A stretch of DNA of 50,883 bases from Candidatus Nomurabacteria bacterium (GTDB lineage: Bacteria; Patescibacteriota; Minisyncoccia; Phycocordibacterales; UBA9973). Both the position numbers and the translations under genes were made by a program. The DNA lies in the NCBI GenBank assembly GCA_026395915.1, contig JAPLXU010000017.1, forward strand, positions 3,023 through 53,905, read 5' to 3'. Shown in pieces: positions 18,143-28,704 of the stretch. The notes under the pieces are model-generated. The model ran no database searches. It saw nothing but the letters and a program-made list of their open reading frames with translations, and had not been told where the DNA came from. The stretch's first letter is position 1, and every line of letters starts with the position of its first letter.

Positions 18143-18775
18143 ATGGAAAATAGAAAATGGGTGCGATTTGTGGAGTCTTTCGTGGTTTTACCAATTTTAA
18201 CAATATCATCAGTGCCTGTGGGGCCTATCTCACAAGCCGTAGTAGGTGTTGTTAATACTCCATCAATTGTGTCTTTTCAAAAACAAAATAATGAAGCTTC
18301 TGGTTCTTTGGCTGTTAATGATGCCACGGACGAGAAGCTAGAAGCGGAGAAAATCAAAGCGGAAGCTATTGATAGTTATTTCAAGACGCATGGTATGCCA
18401 TTAGAAGGTATGGGCATGAAGATGGTTTTGGAAGCTGAAAAGAACGAAATTGATTGGCGCCTTTTGCCTGCGATATCTGTCAGGGAATCGACGGGTGGTC
18501 AGAATGATTGCAAAAAAGTTAATTTTAACGCTTTTGGTTGGGGTTCATGCAAAATCGGTTTTAAATCAACAGAAGAAGCTATTGAAGTTGTGGCTAAAAA
18601 TTTGGGAGGCAATAATCCAAAAACTGAACATTATTATGACAACAAAACTACAAAGCAAATCTTGCGCGCCTATAATCCACCTTCCGTCGTGTCTCGTTAT
18701 GCCGAGCAGGTGATGAACATCATGGATACTATTGGTAAAGCGGACGAGGTAGTAATTCCTAATACAACCACATAA
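18143..18775 (+). CDS. Membrane-anchored or secreted lysozyme/glucosaminidase-like protein
   Basis: N-terminal hydrophobic segment; LLPAISVRESTGG (putative catalytic Glu), NAFGWG, YNPP..YAEQV. Confidence 0.7.
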   Translation: MENRKWVRFVESFVVLPILTISSVPVGPISQAVVGVVNTPSIVSFQKQNNEASGSLAVNDATDEKLEAEKIKAEAIDSYFKTHGMPLEGMGMKMVLEAEKNEIDWRLLPAISVRESTGGQNDCKKVNFNAFGWGSCKIGFKSTEEAIEVVAKNLGGNNPKTEHYYDNKTTKQILRAYNPPSVVSRYAEQVMNIMDTIGKADEVVIPNTTT

Positions 18776-18815
18776 AAAACGAAAGCAAGGCCTCCGTTTT
18801 TTATGCTGAATACGT

Positions 18816-19673
18816 TTATTTGTCGGTGATGATACTTAATATTATTATTGAAACAAAGGCGACAAGAAATCCAAAAATTTGATGGCGTTTCAATTTTTCT
18901 TTGTTGAAAACTAAACCAAGAAAACTGGCGAAAGCGATATATCCTTCGCTGATACTTGTTGCAATGGCAATCGGAATATAGAGTGTTGCAAAAGAAAACA
19001 TTACCCAGGCTAAATTATCAAAAAAACTCACATTAAAAATCAATCTTTTGTTTTCTTTAAAATCTTTTGCGATCTCTTTTAATCTGGAATTTGAAGCGAG
19101 ATAAACTAAGGCGATAACAGCAATAAAAACGCTAGTAAACCAGTTTATCATCAAAGGACTGATCGTTCTTGAACCGAGCCCAAACATAAAATTAGCTATT
19201 CCCATGCATAGAGTTCCAAAGATGGCATACAATATTCCTTTTTCGAGTTTCATTCCTTTGAAATGGCTGAAAGATTTTGTCGACACAAGGAAGATGCCGA
19301 TCATAGATAAGCCAACCAAAAGAATTTGTAAAAAAGTTAATTTTTCTCTGATTATAAACGTGGACAAAAATATAACCACAATAATTTCAAAAGCATATAT
19401 TGGTTCCACGATGGAAATTTTACCTATTCGCAGAGCTTCAAAGTTGAGCAAGGCCGCGAATAATGTCGCGAGTCCTGCTATTAAGAGCAAGACAAGATAG
19501 TTGCTGAAAGAACTTGCTAATTCGTTATAGACAAAGGGGAACAAAACAATTGCGGCGAATGCGGTTATATAAAATAAAGCAATCCAATCGCCGAATTTTC
19601 TAGCGCTTTTCTGAATAAGAAAATCGCCGAGACCCCAAGAAAATAATGCAGTTAATGCAAAAAGAATACCCAT
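18816..19673 (-). CDS. EamA/DMT family transporter
   Basis: About 10 TM, two EamA repeats (WGLGDF, GKISIVEPI, REKLT, KEKL). Confidence 0.9.
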   Translation of the reverse strand: MGILFALTALFSWGLGDFLIQKSARKFGDWIALFYITAFAAIVLFPFVYNELASSFSNYLVLLLIAGLATLFAALLNFEALRIGKISIVEPIYAFEIIVVIFLSTFIIREKLTFLQILLVGLSMIGIFLVSTKSFSHFKGMKLEKGILYAIFGTLCMGIANFMFGLGSRTISPLMINWFTSVFIAVIALVYLASNSRLKEIAKDFKENKRLIFNVSFFDNLAWVMFSFATLYIPIAIATSISEGYIAFASFLGLVFNKEKLKRHQIFGFLVAFVSIIILSIITDK

Positions 19674-19740
19674 GATTAGAAGTTTATCATGTTAAAACCA
19701 AAAAATCCCGCACTTGATTGGAATTCGTTTTTTTTTGATC

Positions 19741-19770
19741 TTGACTTTACCTGTCGGGGGGGGGTAGACT
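19741..19770 (+). promoter_or_regulatory. Putative sigma70 promoter with a G9 tract in the spacer
   Basis: TTGACT-18 nt (ttacctgtcGGGGGGGGG)-TAGACT upstream of the 19799 ORF. Confidence 0.65.
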
Positions 19771-19798
19771 TAGGGTATTATTATTTAATAAAAAAATT

Positions 19799-20161
19799 AT
19801 GAATTTTGATCAACCGCCAGTTGCAATAAAACAAGAGAAAGGGTTGGATATGAAAAAGATGGGTGCACTTGTTCAATTATCAGGTACTATCAGATTAGAG
19901 GATGGTGGAGAAATTCTTCCTGGTGCTTCTGAAGAAGATAAAAAAACATTTGGAAGTAATAATGGTTTTATTTCTTTTGTAACCGAAGGCGGAGTTCAGT
20001 ATGTTACCAAATATTCTTCTAAAAAGGCATTAGATCTTGAAATCGCTGGTTATAGACGAGCAGGTCTAGGTGTGCCATTCTCCAATGGAGAGAAACCCTC
20101 AGGTAGTAGTCAATTTATTTATAATCAATGGGAAAGAATGGTGCACGAAAAAGCTGACTAG
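19799..20161 (+). CDS. Hypothetical protein
   Basis: 120-aa ORF with its own promoter and a downstream terminator. Confidence 0.75.
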   Translation: MNFDQPPVAIKQEKGLDMKKMGALVQLSGTIRLEDGGEILPGASEEDKKTFGSNNGFISFVTEGGVQYVTKYSSKKALDLEIAGYRRAGLGVPFSNGEKPSGSSQFIYNQWERMVHEKAD

Positions 20162-20217
20162 AAAAACTGCAATTTAAAAGCTACCTTTGAAACTAAATAG
20201 GATCGTTCTTACAAAAT

Positions 20218-20252
20218 AACAAAAAATCCCGCTCAGTGCGGGATTTTTTGTT
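20218..20252. terminator. Bidirectional intrinsic terminator
   Basis: aacaaaaaatcccgc-tcagt-gcgggattttttgtt between convergent genes. Confidence 0.85.
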
Positions 20253-20259
20253 ATTTTTT

Positions 20260-21354
20260 TTATTCCAGATAAATCAAAGTCATCTTCTGATCTTTTGGTT
20301 CGAAGAGGGTAATTTGAAAATTGTAATTCTTTCCAAGTTCCAGCTTCTCGCGCAATTTGGATTCAGAAGGGAAAGTGGAATTGTGAACAAGTCCCGCCAC
20401 GCCTTCCTTGATGGAAACTAGCGCGCCGTGCTTGTTGTATTTAATGACAACTCCTTTAATGATATCTCCCTTTTTCAATTTGCCTTCAAATTCTTTCCAA
20501 GGATTTTCCTTGAGAGCTTTGATAGAGAGCGAAATCTTGCCGTCTTTTATTTCGATAACTCTGGCGCGGATTTTATCTCCGATTTTGAACATCGAGCGAG
20601 GATTTTCTACAAGTCCCCAATCGAGTTCGGAAATGTGCACCAGGCCTTCGAGACCGTCTTCCAATTTGATAAACACTCCGAAATCAACCAATCCAGCAAC
20701 TGTGCAATCCAAATCTTCTCCGACATGATACTTACTCAAAATCTCTTTCTTCTCTTCGGGATTATTGTCTTTCTCAGAGAAGATCAATTTGCCTTCTTTT
20801 GGCAAAGTCGAAATAATCATCACGGAAATTTGCTGTCCGACAAATTTTTTAAGCTCTTTTAAAATTTTATCCTTATCAGAATCCAACACGCGAGGGTAGT
20901 GGTCAGCTTTGAGTTGGGACGCAGGCAAGAAACCTTGTATGCCTTGCCATTCCAAAATCAACCCTCCTTTGTTCGCGTCTTTTATTTCCAAACTCATTAC
21001 TGTCTTTTCTTTTATTGCTTTCTCAGCCTCACTCCAAATAAGCGCTTGCTTGGCTTCTTTGAGCGAAAGTTCTATATAACCATCTTCGTTTTCTTTTTCA
21101 ACAACTTTTGCCTTGATGATATCGCCGGGACTTATTTTTTTTATAATGTCCTTAGCATTGATAAATTCGCGACCGTAAATAATACCTGCTCCGTATGGCG
21201 CGAGGTCGACATAAACTGACGATTTTTCGACGCTAATAACTGCGCCTTCCACGAGGGCGTCAACTTCTGGCTTATTCACACTACGAGACATGATGGAACT
21301 TAAGATCGGATTTTCATCCACAACTATTACTGGTACTTCCTTTTTTTTAATCAT
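20260..21354 (-). CDS. rpsA: 30S ribosomal protein S1 (short form, about 4 S1 domains)
   Basis: S1 repeats: IELSLK, NKGGL..QGFLPASQL, DFGVFIKL..EGLVHISEL, KISLSIK; start may be 21384. Confidence 0.92.
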   Translation of the reverse strand: MIKKKEVPVIVVDENPILSSIMSRSVNKPEVDALVEGAVISVEKSSVYVDLAPYGAGIIYGREFINAKDIIKKISPGDIIKAKVVEKENEDGYIELSLKEAKQALIWSEAEKAIKEKTVMSLEIKDANKGGLILEWQGIQGFLPASQLKADHYPRVLDSDKDKILKELKKFVGQQISVMIISTLPKEGKLIFSEKDNNPEEKKEILSKYHVGEDLDCTVAGLVDFGVFIKLEDGLEGLVHISELDWGLVENPRSMFKIGDKIRARVIEIKDGKISLSIKALKENPWKEFEGKLKKGDIIKGVVIKYNKHGALVSIKEGVAGLVHNSTFPSESKLREKLELGKNYNFQITLFEPKDQKMTLIYLE

Positions 21355-21498
21355 AAATGTTTCTAAAATTAAAACATCCGCCATAAAGCGGATATAAGGC
21401 TTAGGTTTTCCGACATAAGGTCGGAAGGTTACCCTAAATCCATGCTTTTAATAAATATTCAACTGAAGTGATATTACTATGAAACGAGACAAAATGCA

Positions 21499-21550
21499 AC
21501 CTCACTTTTTTGTCTCTCTCCAATACTCTAGAGAGGAGTTGGGATGAGGT
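21499..21550. repeat. Degenerate family B element, intergenic
   Basis: acctcac..ctctctcc..tagagagg..gggatgaggt. Confidence 0.55.
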
Positions 21551-21586
21551 GATTTTGAATTAAAAATGTGCTATTATATACATATA

Positions 21587-22231
21587 ATGATAATAACATA
21601 TTTCGGCAAACAATTTTTCAAGATTCAGCAAGGAGAGACGGTTCTCTCTTTTAATCCTGTCAGCAAAAGCTCAAAATCTGGGATAAGCGCTCACTTTGGC
21701 GCGGACATCGCTTTGGTCACTACAAATCATCCCGATTATAATGGCGTGGAGCAACTCTCTCATGGAGACAGAGAACCTTTCGTCATCAATGGTCCGGGAG
21801 ATTATGAAATAAAAGAAATTTTTATCAAAGGTGTTTTGTCGGATGCTCTTATCGGAGACAAAAAACACATCAACACCATTTACATATTTTCAATAGACAA
21901 TATCAATATTGTGTTCCTCGGAGCGCTTTCGAGTTCTGAAATTTCAAAAGAAGCGCTCGAAGCGATAAATAGTCCAGATATTCTTTTTGTTCCGGTTGGC
22001 GGAAAAGGTTCTGCAAACGGCGCGAGTTTGCTTGATGCGAAATCCGCCGCCAAACTAGCATCTTCTTTCGAGCCGAAAATGATCATACCGATGGACTACG
22101 ACGATGCGTCTCTCAAAGCGTTTTTGAAAGAAACTGGAGAGGAAAAAGCCGAAGTGGTAGATAAATTGACTTTGAAATTAAAAGATTTAGAAGGCAAGGA
22201 AGGGGAGGTTGTGGTTTTAAAAGTAACGTAG
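21587..22231 (+). CDS. MBL-fold metallo-hydrolase-like protein (Lactamase_B_3 type)
   Basis: MIITYFG, ADIALVT.NHPDYN, GPGDYEI, DILFVPVGG, EPKMIIPM. Confidence 0.85.
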   Translation: MIITYFGKQFFKIQQGETVLSFNPVSKSSKSGISAHFGADIALVTTNHPDYNGVEQLSHGDREPFVINGPGDYEIKEIFIKGVLSDALIGDKKHINTIYIFSIDNINIVFLGALSSSEISKEALEAINSPDILFVPVGGKGSANGASLLDAKSAAKLASSFEPKMIIPMDYDDASLKAFLKETGEEKAEVVDKLTLKLKDLEGKEGEVVVLKVT

Positions 22232-22257
22232 CAGATAGCGCCTAAAGCCCTATCTGC
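22231..22257. repeat. REP-like palindrome family D
   Basis: gcagatagcgcctaaagccctatctgc, near-identical to the reverse complement of 50629-50655. Confidence 0.85.
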
Positions 22258-22264
22258 AAAATTT

Positions 22265-22498
22265 ATGAAAAGAATCATTCATCATTTAAGAAAACAGCCG
22301 GAAAAAACGAGGAGACACATCTTGCATGTTACTACTGTTGTATTCGGCATTGTTTTAGTTTTGCTTTGGATTTATTCTTTGGGGACGAATCTGACCAGTC
22401 CCGATACGCAAGCGAAAGCGAAAAATGATCTCGAAACTTTTTCCACATTAAAGGCCAATTTAATCGGCGGATATCAAAGCATTTCAGGGTCGCAGTAA
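22265..22498 (+). CDS. Small single-TM hypothetical protein
   Basis: LRKQPEKTRRHIL followed by a TM helix. Confidence 0.75.
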   Translation: MKRIIHHLRKQPEKTRRHILHVTTVVFGIVLVLLWIYSLGTNLTSPDTQAKAKNDLETFSTLKANLIGGYQSISGSQ

Positions 22499-22513
22499 TT
22501 TTAATAATTTTCC

Positions 22514-24979
22514 ATGAAAAAATCTTTAGAAATAAAAGAGGAGAGTGGCGGTATGGATAAAATCCTCGGAGTAGACGTAGTTGCGGAGATGAAGGAATCA
22601 TATTTGGCGTATGCCATGTCGGTTATTACTTCGCGAGCCTTACCGGATGTGCGAGATGGATTAAAGCCCGTTCATCGTCGAATTTTGTTTGCCATGAACG
22701 AAATGGGACTTACTTCTTCGGCACGTTTTCGTAAATCTGCTGCAGTTGTCGGAGATGTGCTTGGAAAATATCACCCGCATGGAGATGTTGCTGTTTATGA
22801 TTCTATGGTGGGTATGGCGCAGGAATTTTCTTATCGTTACCCTTTGATTTTGGGACAAGGAAACTTTGGTTCAATCGATGGAGATAGCGCGGCGGCAATG
22901 CGTTATACCGAAACAAAAATGTCTAAACTTTCTTCTGAACTTTTGCGCGACTTGGAAAAAGAAACAGTTGATTTTCGTCCGAACTATGACCAGACTCGAA
23001 AAGAACCGGTCGTTCTTCCTGCGGCTGTGCCGGCGTTACTTTTGAACGGTACTCTCGGTATTGCTGTCGGTATGGCAACGAATATTCCTCCGCACAATTT
23101 GGCGGAAGTGCTCGACGCCACAAAACACTTAATCGAAAATGAAGACGCAACGACGGAAGACTTGATGCAATTTATCAAAGGTCCGGATTTTCCTACCGGC
23201 GGTATTGCTTATGGATACAAGGATATGCTCCATGCTTATTCCGGAGGCCGTGGCGGAGTGGTGACGAGAGGCGAAGCGGAAATAGTAGAACAAAAAGACG
23301 GTAATTTTTCAATCATCATTACCTCGATTCCGTTTAGAGTAAATAAAGCAAATTTAATAATGTCTATCGCCGAGCTTGTGCAAGAAAAAAAGTTGGAAGG
23401 TATCAAAGGACTACGCGACGAGTCAACTAAAGATATTAGAGTTGTCATTGATTTGAAGCCCAGCGCGCATCCGGAAAAAGTTTTGAATTATATTTATAGA
23501 AACACCCAGCTCGAGTCGAACTTTAACTTTAACATAGTTGCTCTGGTGGACGGCGTACCGCAGACTCTTTCGCTTAAGTCCATTCTGGAACAATTTATTT
23601 TACACAGAAGGGAAGTTGTAAAACGCAGGTCGGCTTATGACTTGCGTCGAGCCGAAGAACGCGAACATATCTTGCTTGGTCTCAAGAAAGCCTTGGATAA
23701 AATAGATCGCGTGATAACTGTTATTCGCGGTTCGAAAGATACACAAGTTGCCAAAGTTAATTTGATGAAAGAATTCAAGTTCTCTGATTTGCAGGCGACG
23801 GCTATATTGGAAATGAAATTAGCAAGACTGGCTGGCCTCGAACGAAAAGCAGTGGAGAACGAATTGGAAGAAAAACAAAAATTCATCAAGGAAATGAAGG
23901 ATATTTTGGCAAATCCAAAAAGAATATTGAAAATTATAGGGGAAGAATTGGCTGAAATCCGCGCAAAATATTCTGATGAACGCCGAACAAAAATCGTCAA
24001 AGGCGGAGTCAAAGAAATTTCCGACGAAGATTTAGTGCCGGAAAAAGAAACGATGCTCGTCTTGACCGCTGGAGGATACGTCAAATGCACCGACCCGGGT
24101 GAATATCGCGCTCAAAAGCGAGGCGGAGTGGGCGTGATCGATCTTGAAACCAAAGAAGAAGATTTTGTAACAATGCTTGTCTCCGGTTCGACGCACAGTA
24201 ATCTGCTCTTCTTTACCAATTTGGGAAAAGTTTATCAGATGAAAATGTACGAAATCCCGGAAGCTCGCCGAGCTACTCGCGGGAAATCAATTATGAATTT
24301 CCTTTCCCTTGGAACGGAAGAAAAAGTCACTTCCATTTTAGCGATGCCAAAAGATATCGACAAGTCTCCGACATCACTCATGCTTGTCACAAAAGGTGGC
24401 ACAGCCAAAAAAATGTCTTCCGAAAGTTTCAAAGATGTGCGCCGAAGTGGCATCATTGCCATCCGTCTCGACAAAGACGATCAGCTTATTTCTGCGTTAA
24501 TTACAGAAAAAAACGATGAGGTCATGATCGCGACAGCTTTTGGTCAATCTATTAGATTCAAAGAATCTGATGTGAGAGAAATGGGCAGGACGGCAGGAGG
24601 CGTGCGTGGCATAAAGTTGAAAAAGAGCGACATGGTTATCAGTGTCGATGTTGTGTCTGGGAGAAGTGGAAAAAAGGAAGGCTCGTTCCTTACAATGAGT
24701 GCTAACGGCTTCGGCAAAAAAACTAATTTGAAAGAATACAAAGTCCAGAAACGAGGTGGGTCAGGCATAAAGACGGCAAAAGTCACTCCAAAAACAGGTT
24801 CGCTTATCGTTGCCAAAGTTTTGACAGGGGAGGAAGAAGAATTGATTGCAATGTCCAAAAAAGGCCAAGTCATCAGGACAGCTCTGAAAGATATTTCTTC
24901 GTTAGGTCGTCAGACACAAGGCGTGACCATAATGCGTTTGAGAGGAGGAGATGGCATAGCATCACTCGCCTGTATTTAA
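22514..24979 (+). CDS. gyrA: DNA gyrase subunit A
   Basis: [31 protein letters not shown], GyrA-box QKRGGVG, C-terminal beta-pinwheel repeats. Confidence 0.99.
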   Translation: MKKSLEIKEESGGMDKILGVDVVAEMKESYLAYAMSVITSRALPDVRDGLKPVHRRILFAMNEMGLTSSARFRKSAAVVGDVLGKYHPHGDVAVYDSMVGMAQEFSYRYPLILGQGNFGSIDGDSAAAMRYTETKMSKLSSELLRDLEKETVDFRPNYDQTRKEPVVLPAAVPALLLNGTLGIAVGMATNIPPHNLAEVLDATKHLIENEDATTEDLMQFIKGPDFPTGGIAYGYKDMLHAYSGGRGGVVTRGEAEIVEQKDGNFSIIITSIPFRVNKANLIMSIAELVQEKKLEGIKGLRDESTKDIRVVIDLKPSAHPEKVLNYIYRNTQLESNFNFNIVALVDGVPQTLSLKSILEQFILHRREVVKRRSAYDLRRAEEREHILLGLKKALDKIDRVITVIRGSKDTQVAKVNLMKEFKFSDLQATAILEMKLARLAGLERKAVENELEEKQKFIKEMKDILANPKRILKIIGEELAEIRAKYSDERRTKIVKGGVKEISDEDLVPEKETMLVLTAGGYVKCTDPGEYRAQKRGGVGVIDLETKEEDFVTMLVSGSTHSNLLFFTNLGKVYQMKMYEIPEARRATRGKSIMNFLSLGTEEKVTSILAMPKDIDKSPTSLMLVTKGGTAKKMSSESFKDVRRSGIIAIRLDKDDQLISALITEKNDEVMIATAFGQSIRFKESDVREMGRTAGGVRGIKLKKSDMVISVDVVSGRSGKKEGSFLTMSANGFGKKTNLKEYKVQKRGGSGIKTAKVTPKTGSLIVAKVLTGEEEELIAMSKKGQVIRTALKDISSLGRQTQGVTIMRLRGGDGIASLACI

Positions 24980-24986
24980 TTTTTTT

Positions 24987-25331
24987 ATGTTCAATTTTTT
25001 TAAAAAACAAAAAATACAGGATAAAGATCAGGCAGTATTAAATCAGCTTATTAAATATGGTTCTAATTTATCTAAATTGCATAGTATTGATTTTTTCCTT
25101 TATTTTTCCAACAAAGAAGCTGCAGAGAGGGGGAAAGTAATGATTCAGGAAAGGTTTGCAAATTCCTCAGTTTCTGTAAGTGATTCACAAAAACAAAAAT
25201 TTTTGTGTCTAGTTAATATTTCTATGGTTCCAAACCTTGAAACTATACAGAACGCCAGTACTCAATTTGAAGCCATTACTGCATCTCTTGGTGGAGAATA
25301 CGACGGATGGGAAACAGCAATTGAGAGATAG
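24987..25331 (+). CDS. RraB/DUF695-like protein
   Basis: LSKLHSIDFFLYF..GGEYDGWET. Confidence 0.8.
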   Translation: MFNFFKKQKIQDKDQAVLNQLIKYGSNLSKLHSIDFFLYFSNKEAAERGKVMIQERFANSSVSVSDSQKQKFLCLVNISMVPNLETIQNASTQFEAITASLGGEYDGWETAIER

Positions 25332-25336
25332 TGTAG

Positions 25337-25358
25337 TGTCAAAGACCGTCTTTGACAT
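25337..25358. repeat. REP-like palindrome family C overlapping the RAYT stop codon
   Basis: tgtcaaagaccgtctttgacat, preceded by GTAG (25333-25336). Confidence 0.88.
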
Positions 25359-25965
25359 CGTAAATTAATGTTTGTTTTTTAAAATTGTTAATGTCACCAA
25401 AAGTTCCAATTAATAATTCTTTATTTATTATTGGCAGATTCCTGTCAGAAGCATAGTCATTATAACTGCTCCACAAATATTCGGATGGGTGTTTTACGAT
25501 TTTATCTTTAACAGGGTTCATGTGAATGTAAGCTGATGTCCACATTAGTTGAGGATTATTTTCTATTAAAACAGCTTTAAAACAATCTTGAAAAGCATGT
25601 CCTACACGACCATACTTATTATTTATATATTTTGAATAACTTGAACAGACTCTTGAAATTAGTTTTGAAATTGATATATCGCCACACTGTTCAATTAAAA
25701 AGTGAAAATGATTAGGCATAAGGCAAAAAGCATTAATTTTGAATTTACTTTTTCCTTCAGATTTAATTCTTATCCTGGAATAAGGCATACTCAACAATTT
25801 CTCACCCCTCAATTCTTTCTGATCAAATCCTAAAGCTAAGGCAAGTCTAAATAGGAAAGCTTTATAATCTTGATCATCAAAAAATATTTTTTCTTTATTA
25901 TTACCTCTATTATAAATATGGGCAATTGATCCGGCATTAAATTTTTTGTAGTCTCTATTATTCAT
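25339..25965 (-). CDS. REP-associated tyrosine transposase (RAYT; Y1/HUH, IS200-like TnpA)
   Basis: HIYNRGNNKEKIF, FCLMPNHFHFL (HUH), YIHMNPV (catalytic Tyr), WSSY; flanked by palindromes. Confidence 0.92.
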   Translation of the reverse strand: MNNRDYKKFNAGSIAHIYNRGNNKEKIFFDDQDYKAFLFRLALALGFDQKELRGEKLLSMPYSRIRIKSEGKSKFKINAFCLMPNHFHFLIEQCGDISISKLISRVCSSYSKYINNKYGRVGHAFQDCFKAVLIENNPQLMWTSAYIHMNPVKDKIVKHPSEYLWSSYNDYASDRNLPIINKELLIGTFGDINNFKKQTLIYDVKDGL

Positions 25966-25974
25966 TGTTTTATT

Positions 25975-25997
25975 ATGTCAAAGTGTCTCTTTGACAT
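25975..25997. repeat. REP-like palindrome family C upstream of RAYT
   Basis: atgtcaaag-tgtct-ctttgacat. Confidence 0.88.
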
Positions 25998-26057
25998 CAA
26001 GCGATTTTTGTTAATAACTTTAATGCATGTAATGCAATTTCGTACTATAATATGAGT

Positions 26058-26573
26058 ATGTTCACCGATCCCTTAAAAAATTTGAGAGCTTTCGGAATAA
26101 AGGAAAATGATATTGTTGTGGATTTGGGGGCGGGGACTGGATATTATTCCGTTGTCGCTGGAAAGCTCGCGCCAAAGGGAAAAGTCTACGCGGTTGAGTT
26201 ACAGAAAGATTTTTTAGCGACAATAAAAAATAAAGTAAAAGAAGCTCATCTTACTAATGTCGAATGTCTCTCTGGGAATGTCGAAAAAATCGGCGGTACG
26301 AAAATAGGGGACGGTGTTGCTGATGTGGTAATCGCTTCGAATATACTTTTTCAAGTTGAAGACAAAATCCAATTTATCGAAGAAATAAAAAGAATCTTGA
26401 GGCAAAAAGGCAGAGTTTTATTGATCGATTGGTCAGAATCGCCAATCATAGCGACAAAAAATATGATCCAAAAAAACAAGGCGCGCGAGATGTTTGAAAA
26501 AGAAGGTTTCATTTTACAACGTGAAATTGATGCAGGAACGCATCATTATGGTATGATATTAATTAAGTCATAA
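26058..26573 (+). CDS. Class I SAM-dependent methyltransferase (start 26052 or 26058)
   Basis: VVDLGAGTG motif I, KVYAVE, ILRQKGRVLLIDW. Confidence 0.9.
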   Translation: MFTDPLKNLRAFGIKENDIVVDLGAGTGYYSVVAGKLAPKGKVYAVELQKDFLATIKNKVKEAHLTNVECLSGNVEKIGGTKIGDGVADVVIASNILFQVEDKIQFIEEIKRILRQKGRVLLIDWSESPIIATKNMIQKNKAREMFEKEGFILQREIDAGTHHYGMILIKS

Positions 26574-26582
26574 AGTAAAAAA

Positions 26583-27884
26583 ATGAAAGGAAATTTCCAA
26601 CTTATAATTATAATCGTGTTCATCGCCTTGGCTATTTTTGGCATTTTAGTTTTTTCCGGAGCGATACCAATAGGAAATAATGGCACGCCAGGAAGCTTGG
26701 GCACAGTCGTTTTATGGGGGACAATAAAAGCATCTACAATGGTGCCGATTCTTGAGCAGTTCAATAATGCCAATCCCACTTTTGTCGTGAAATATGTACA
26801 GAAATCGCCGGAGAGTTTTGATCAAGATTTACTTGAAGCGTTAGCAAATGGCGCAGGTCCTGACATGTTTTTCTTGCCGGACAATTTAGCTTTTCATTAC
26901 GCAAATAAAATTGTTTCTATTCCGTACAGCAGTTATCCTCTAGCTTCGTTTAAAAACAATTTCGCCAGCGCAGGGGATGTTTTTCTAACTTCAAAAGGCA
27001 TTTTAGCTTTTCCTTTATCTATTGATCCACTTATGATGTATTACAATCGAAGCATGCTCGATGCGAACGGAATAGTTTCTCCTCCAGTTCTTTGGGACGA
27101 TCTTGTTAACCTTGTGCCGAAACTTACCAAGAAAGACGACTCAAACAAAATAATAAAGAGCGCGGTTGCGCTCGGTCATTTTTCAAATATTACTAATGCT
27201 AAAGATATTTTGGCTGCTCTTTTTATGCAAGCAGGCAATGGAATTATTGCAGAGAGAAACGGAGTTTTCATTTCTGTTCTAAATGGCGATGTTTCTAATC
27301 AAAAATATAATCTTGGTTCAATTTTGAAATTTTATACCGACTTCGCTGATCCAAACAACAAGGATGTGTATTCTTGGAACAAATCATTTCCAAATTCCGA
27401 TGTGGCCTTCTCGGCGGAAAATTTAGCTTTTTATTTTGGTTTTGCGAGCGAACTTAATTCTTTAATCAACAGAAATCCAAATCAAAATTTGGCAGTCGCG
27501 TCCTTTCCTCAAATTAAAGGCGCTAGTTTCAAGTTAACAGACGCTCATGTGACAGGCATAGCCCTTCTTGCTTCTTCTAAAAATTTCAATACGGCTTTTA
27601 CCGCGGCGAGTTTGATGGCGACAGGGAATTTTGCTTCTCAGTTTGTTTTGGCAACTGGTGTGGCGCCTGCGCGCAGAGACTTACTCAAGGTCAAACCAGC
27701 AGACGCATATTCCCCGATTTTTTACGATTCCGCGCTCTATGCGAGAAGTTGGCTTGATCCGTCTGTAGCAGATACTGACAACATTTTTCAAAATATGGTT
27801 GATAAAGTGCTTTCGAACGATATGACTGTTGGTAGCGCGATATCTGATGCGAGTGGCAAGTTGGGATTATTATTGTTACAATAA
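26583..27884 (+). CDS. Extracellular solute-binding protein (family 1, sugar type), membrane-anchored
   Basis: N-terminal TM, LWG, ALANGAGPDMF, FPLSIDPLMMYYNRSML, PPVLWDDL. Confidence 0.85.
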   Translation: MKGNFQLIIIIVFIALAIFGILVFSGAIPIGNNGTPGSLGTVVLWGTIKASTMVPILEQFNNANPTFVVKYVQKSPESFDQDLLEALANGAGPDMFFLPDNLAFHYANKIVSIPYSSYPLASFKNNFASAGDVFLTSKGILAFPLSIDPLMMYYNRSMLDANGIVSPPVLWDDLVNLVPKLTKKDDSNKIIKSAVALGHFSNITNAKDILAALFMQAGNGIIAERNGVFISVLNGDVSNQKYNLGSILKFYTDFADPNNKDVYSWNKSFPNSDVAFSAENLAFYFGFASELNSLINRNPNQNLAVASFPQIKGASFKLTDAHVTGIALLASSKNFNTAFTAASLMATGNFASQFVLATGVAPARRDLLKVKPADAYSPIFYDSALYARSWLDPSVADTDNIFQNMVDKVLSNDMTVGSAISDASGKLGLLLLQ

Positions 27885-27892
27885 AGGACGAT

Positions 27893-28303
27893 ATGAAAAA
27901 AATAATCAAATTCTTAATTCCTGTATTCGTGTTTCTAATACTTATCGCGCCGGTTATTTCTTTTGCACAGGCGGATGTGTGGAAAGGGTTAGTTCCACCT
28001 TGTAGCGTAGATCAAATTACAAAGCAATGTGTTTGGGGGTTTAATGAATTAATGACCCTCATTAACACTGTAATTCATTTCATTCTTTTTTATATGGCTA
28101 TTCCGATTGCCGCGGTGATGTTCGTCTATGCCGGTTTTAAAATGGTAACTTCGGGAGGTAGCGCGGAAGCTAGGGGACAAGCGAAGAATATTTTCACAAA
28201 TGCAGTTCTTGGTCTTGTCATAGCCGCCGCCGCTTGGCTTATTATTAGAACGATATTGTCGATTTTAGGTTTTGATGGGGCTTGGATTGGTTTTACAATT
28301 TGA
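27893..28303 (+). CDS. TrbC/VirB2-like pilin
   Basis: Signal peptide, Cys pair, YAGFKMVTSGG..AKNIFTNAVLGLVI. Confidence 0.8.
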   Translation: MKKIIKFLIPVFVFLILIAPVISFAQADVWKGLVPPCSVDQITKQCVWGFNELMTLINTVIHFILFYMAIPIAAVMFVYAGFKMVTSGGSAEARGQAKNIFTNAVLGLVIAAAAWLIIRTILSILGFDGAWIGFTI

Positions 28304-28317
28304 TGTATAATATAAAA

Positions 28318-28704
28318 ATGACTTTCATAAAGAAAAATTGGTATAAATTTGTTTCGCTATTTTATGTTTTTTCGATGCCTGTGGTTTCTTTTGCACAGAA
28401 TTCAGAGAGCGGTACGCCGTGTGATGTTGCCGGCTCAGGCAAGATCTGTAACCCGTTAAAATCTGGGGTGGTTGATTTTCCGACTTTCTTACAAACTCTT
28501 TTAACGGGTGTACTTAGAATCGGCATACCGATTGTCGCATTGGCTATTATTTACTGCGGTTTTCTTTTTGTGTCAGCGCGTGGCAATTCTGAAAAACTAA
28601 CTAAAGCCAAAGACGCTCTCTTATACACTTTAATCGGCGCGGCGATACTCTTGGGGTCGTGGGCTATCGCGACAATGATATCAGGCACAGTCTTAGCATT
28701 ATGA
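28318..28704 (+). CDS. TrbC/VirB2-like pilin
   Basis: ICNPL, IIYCGFLFVSARGNSEKLTKAKDALLYTLIG. Confidence 0.82.
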   Translation: MTFIKKNWYKFVSLFYVFSMPVVSFAQNSESGTPCDVAGSGKICNPLKSGVVDFPTFLQTLLTGVLRIGIPIVALAIIYCGFLFVSARGNSEKLTKAKDALLYTLIGAAILLGSWAIATMISGTVLAL

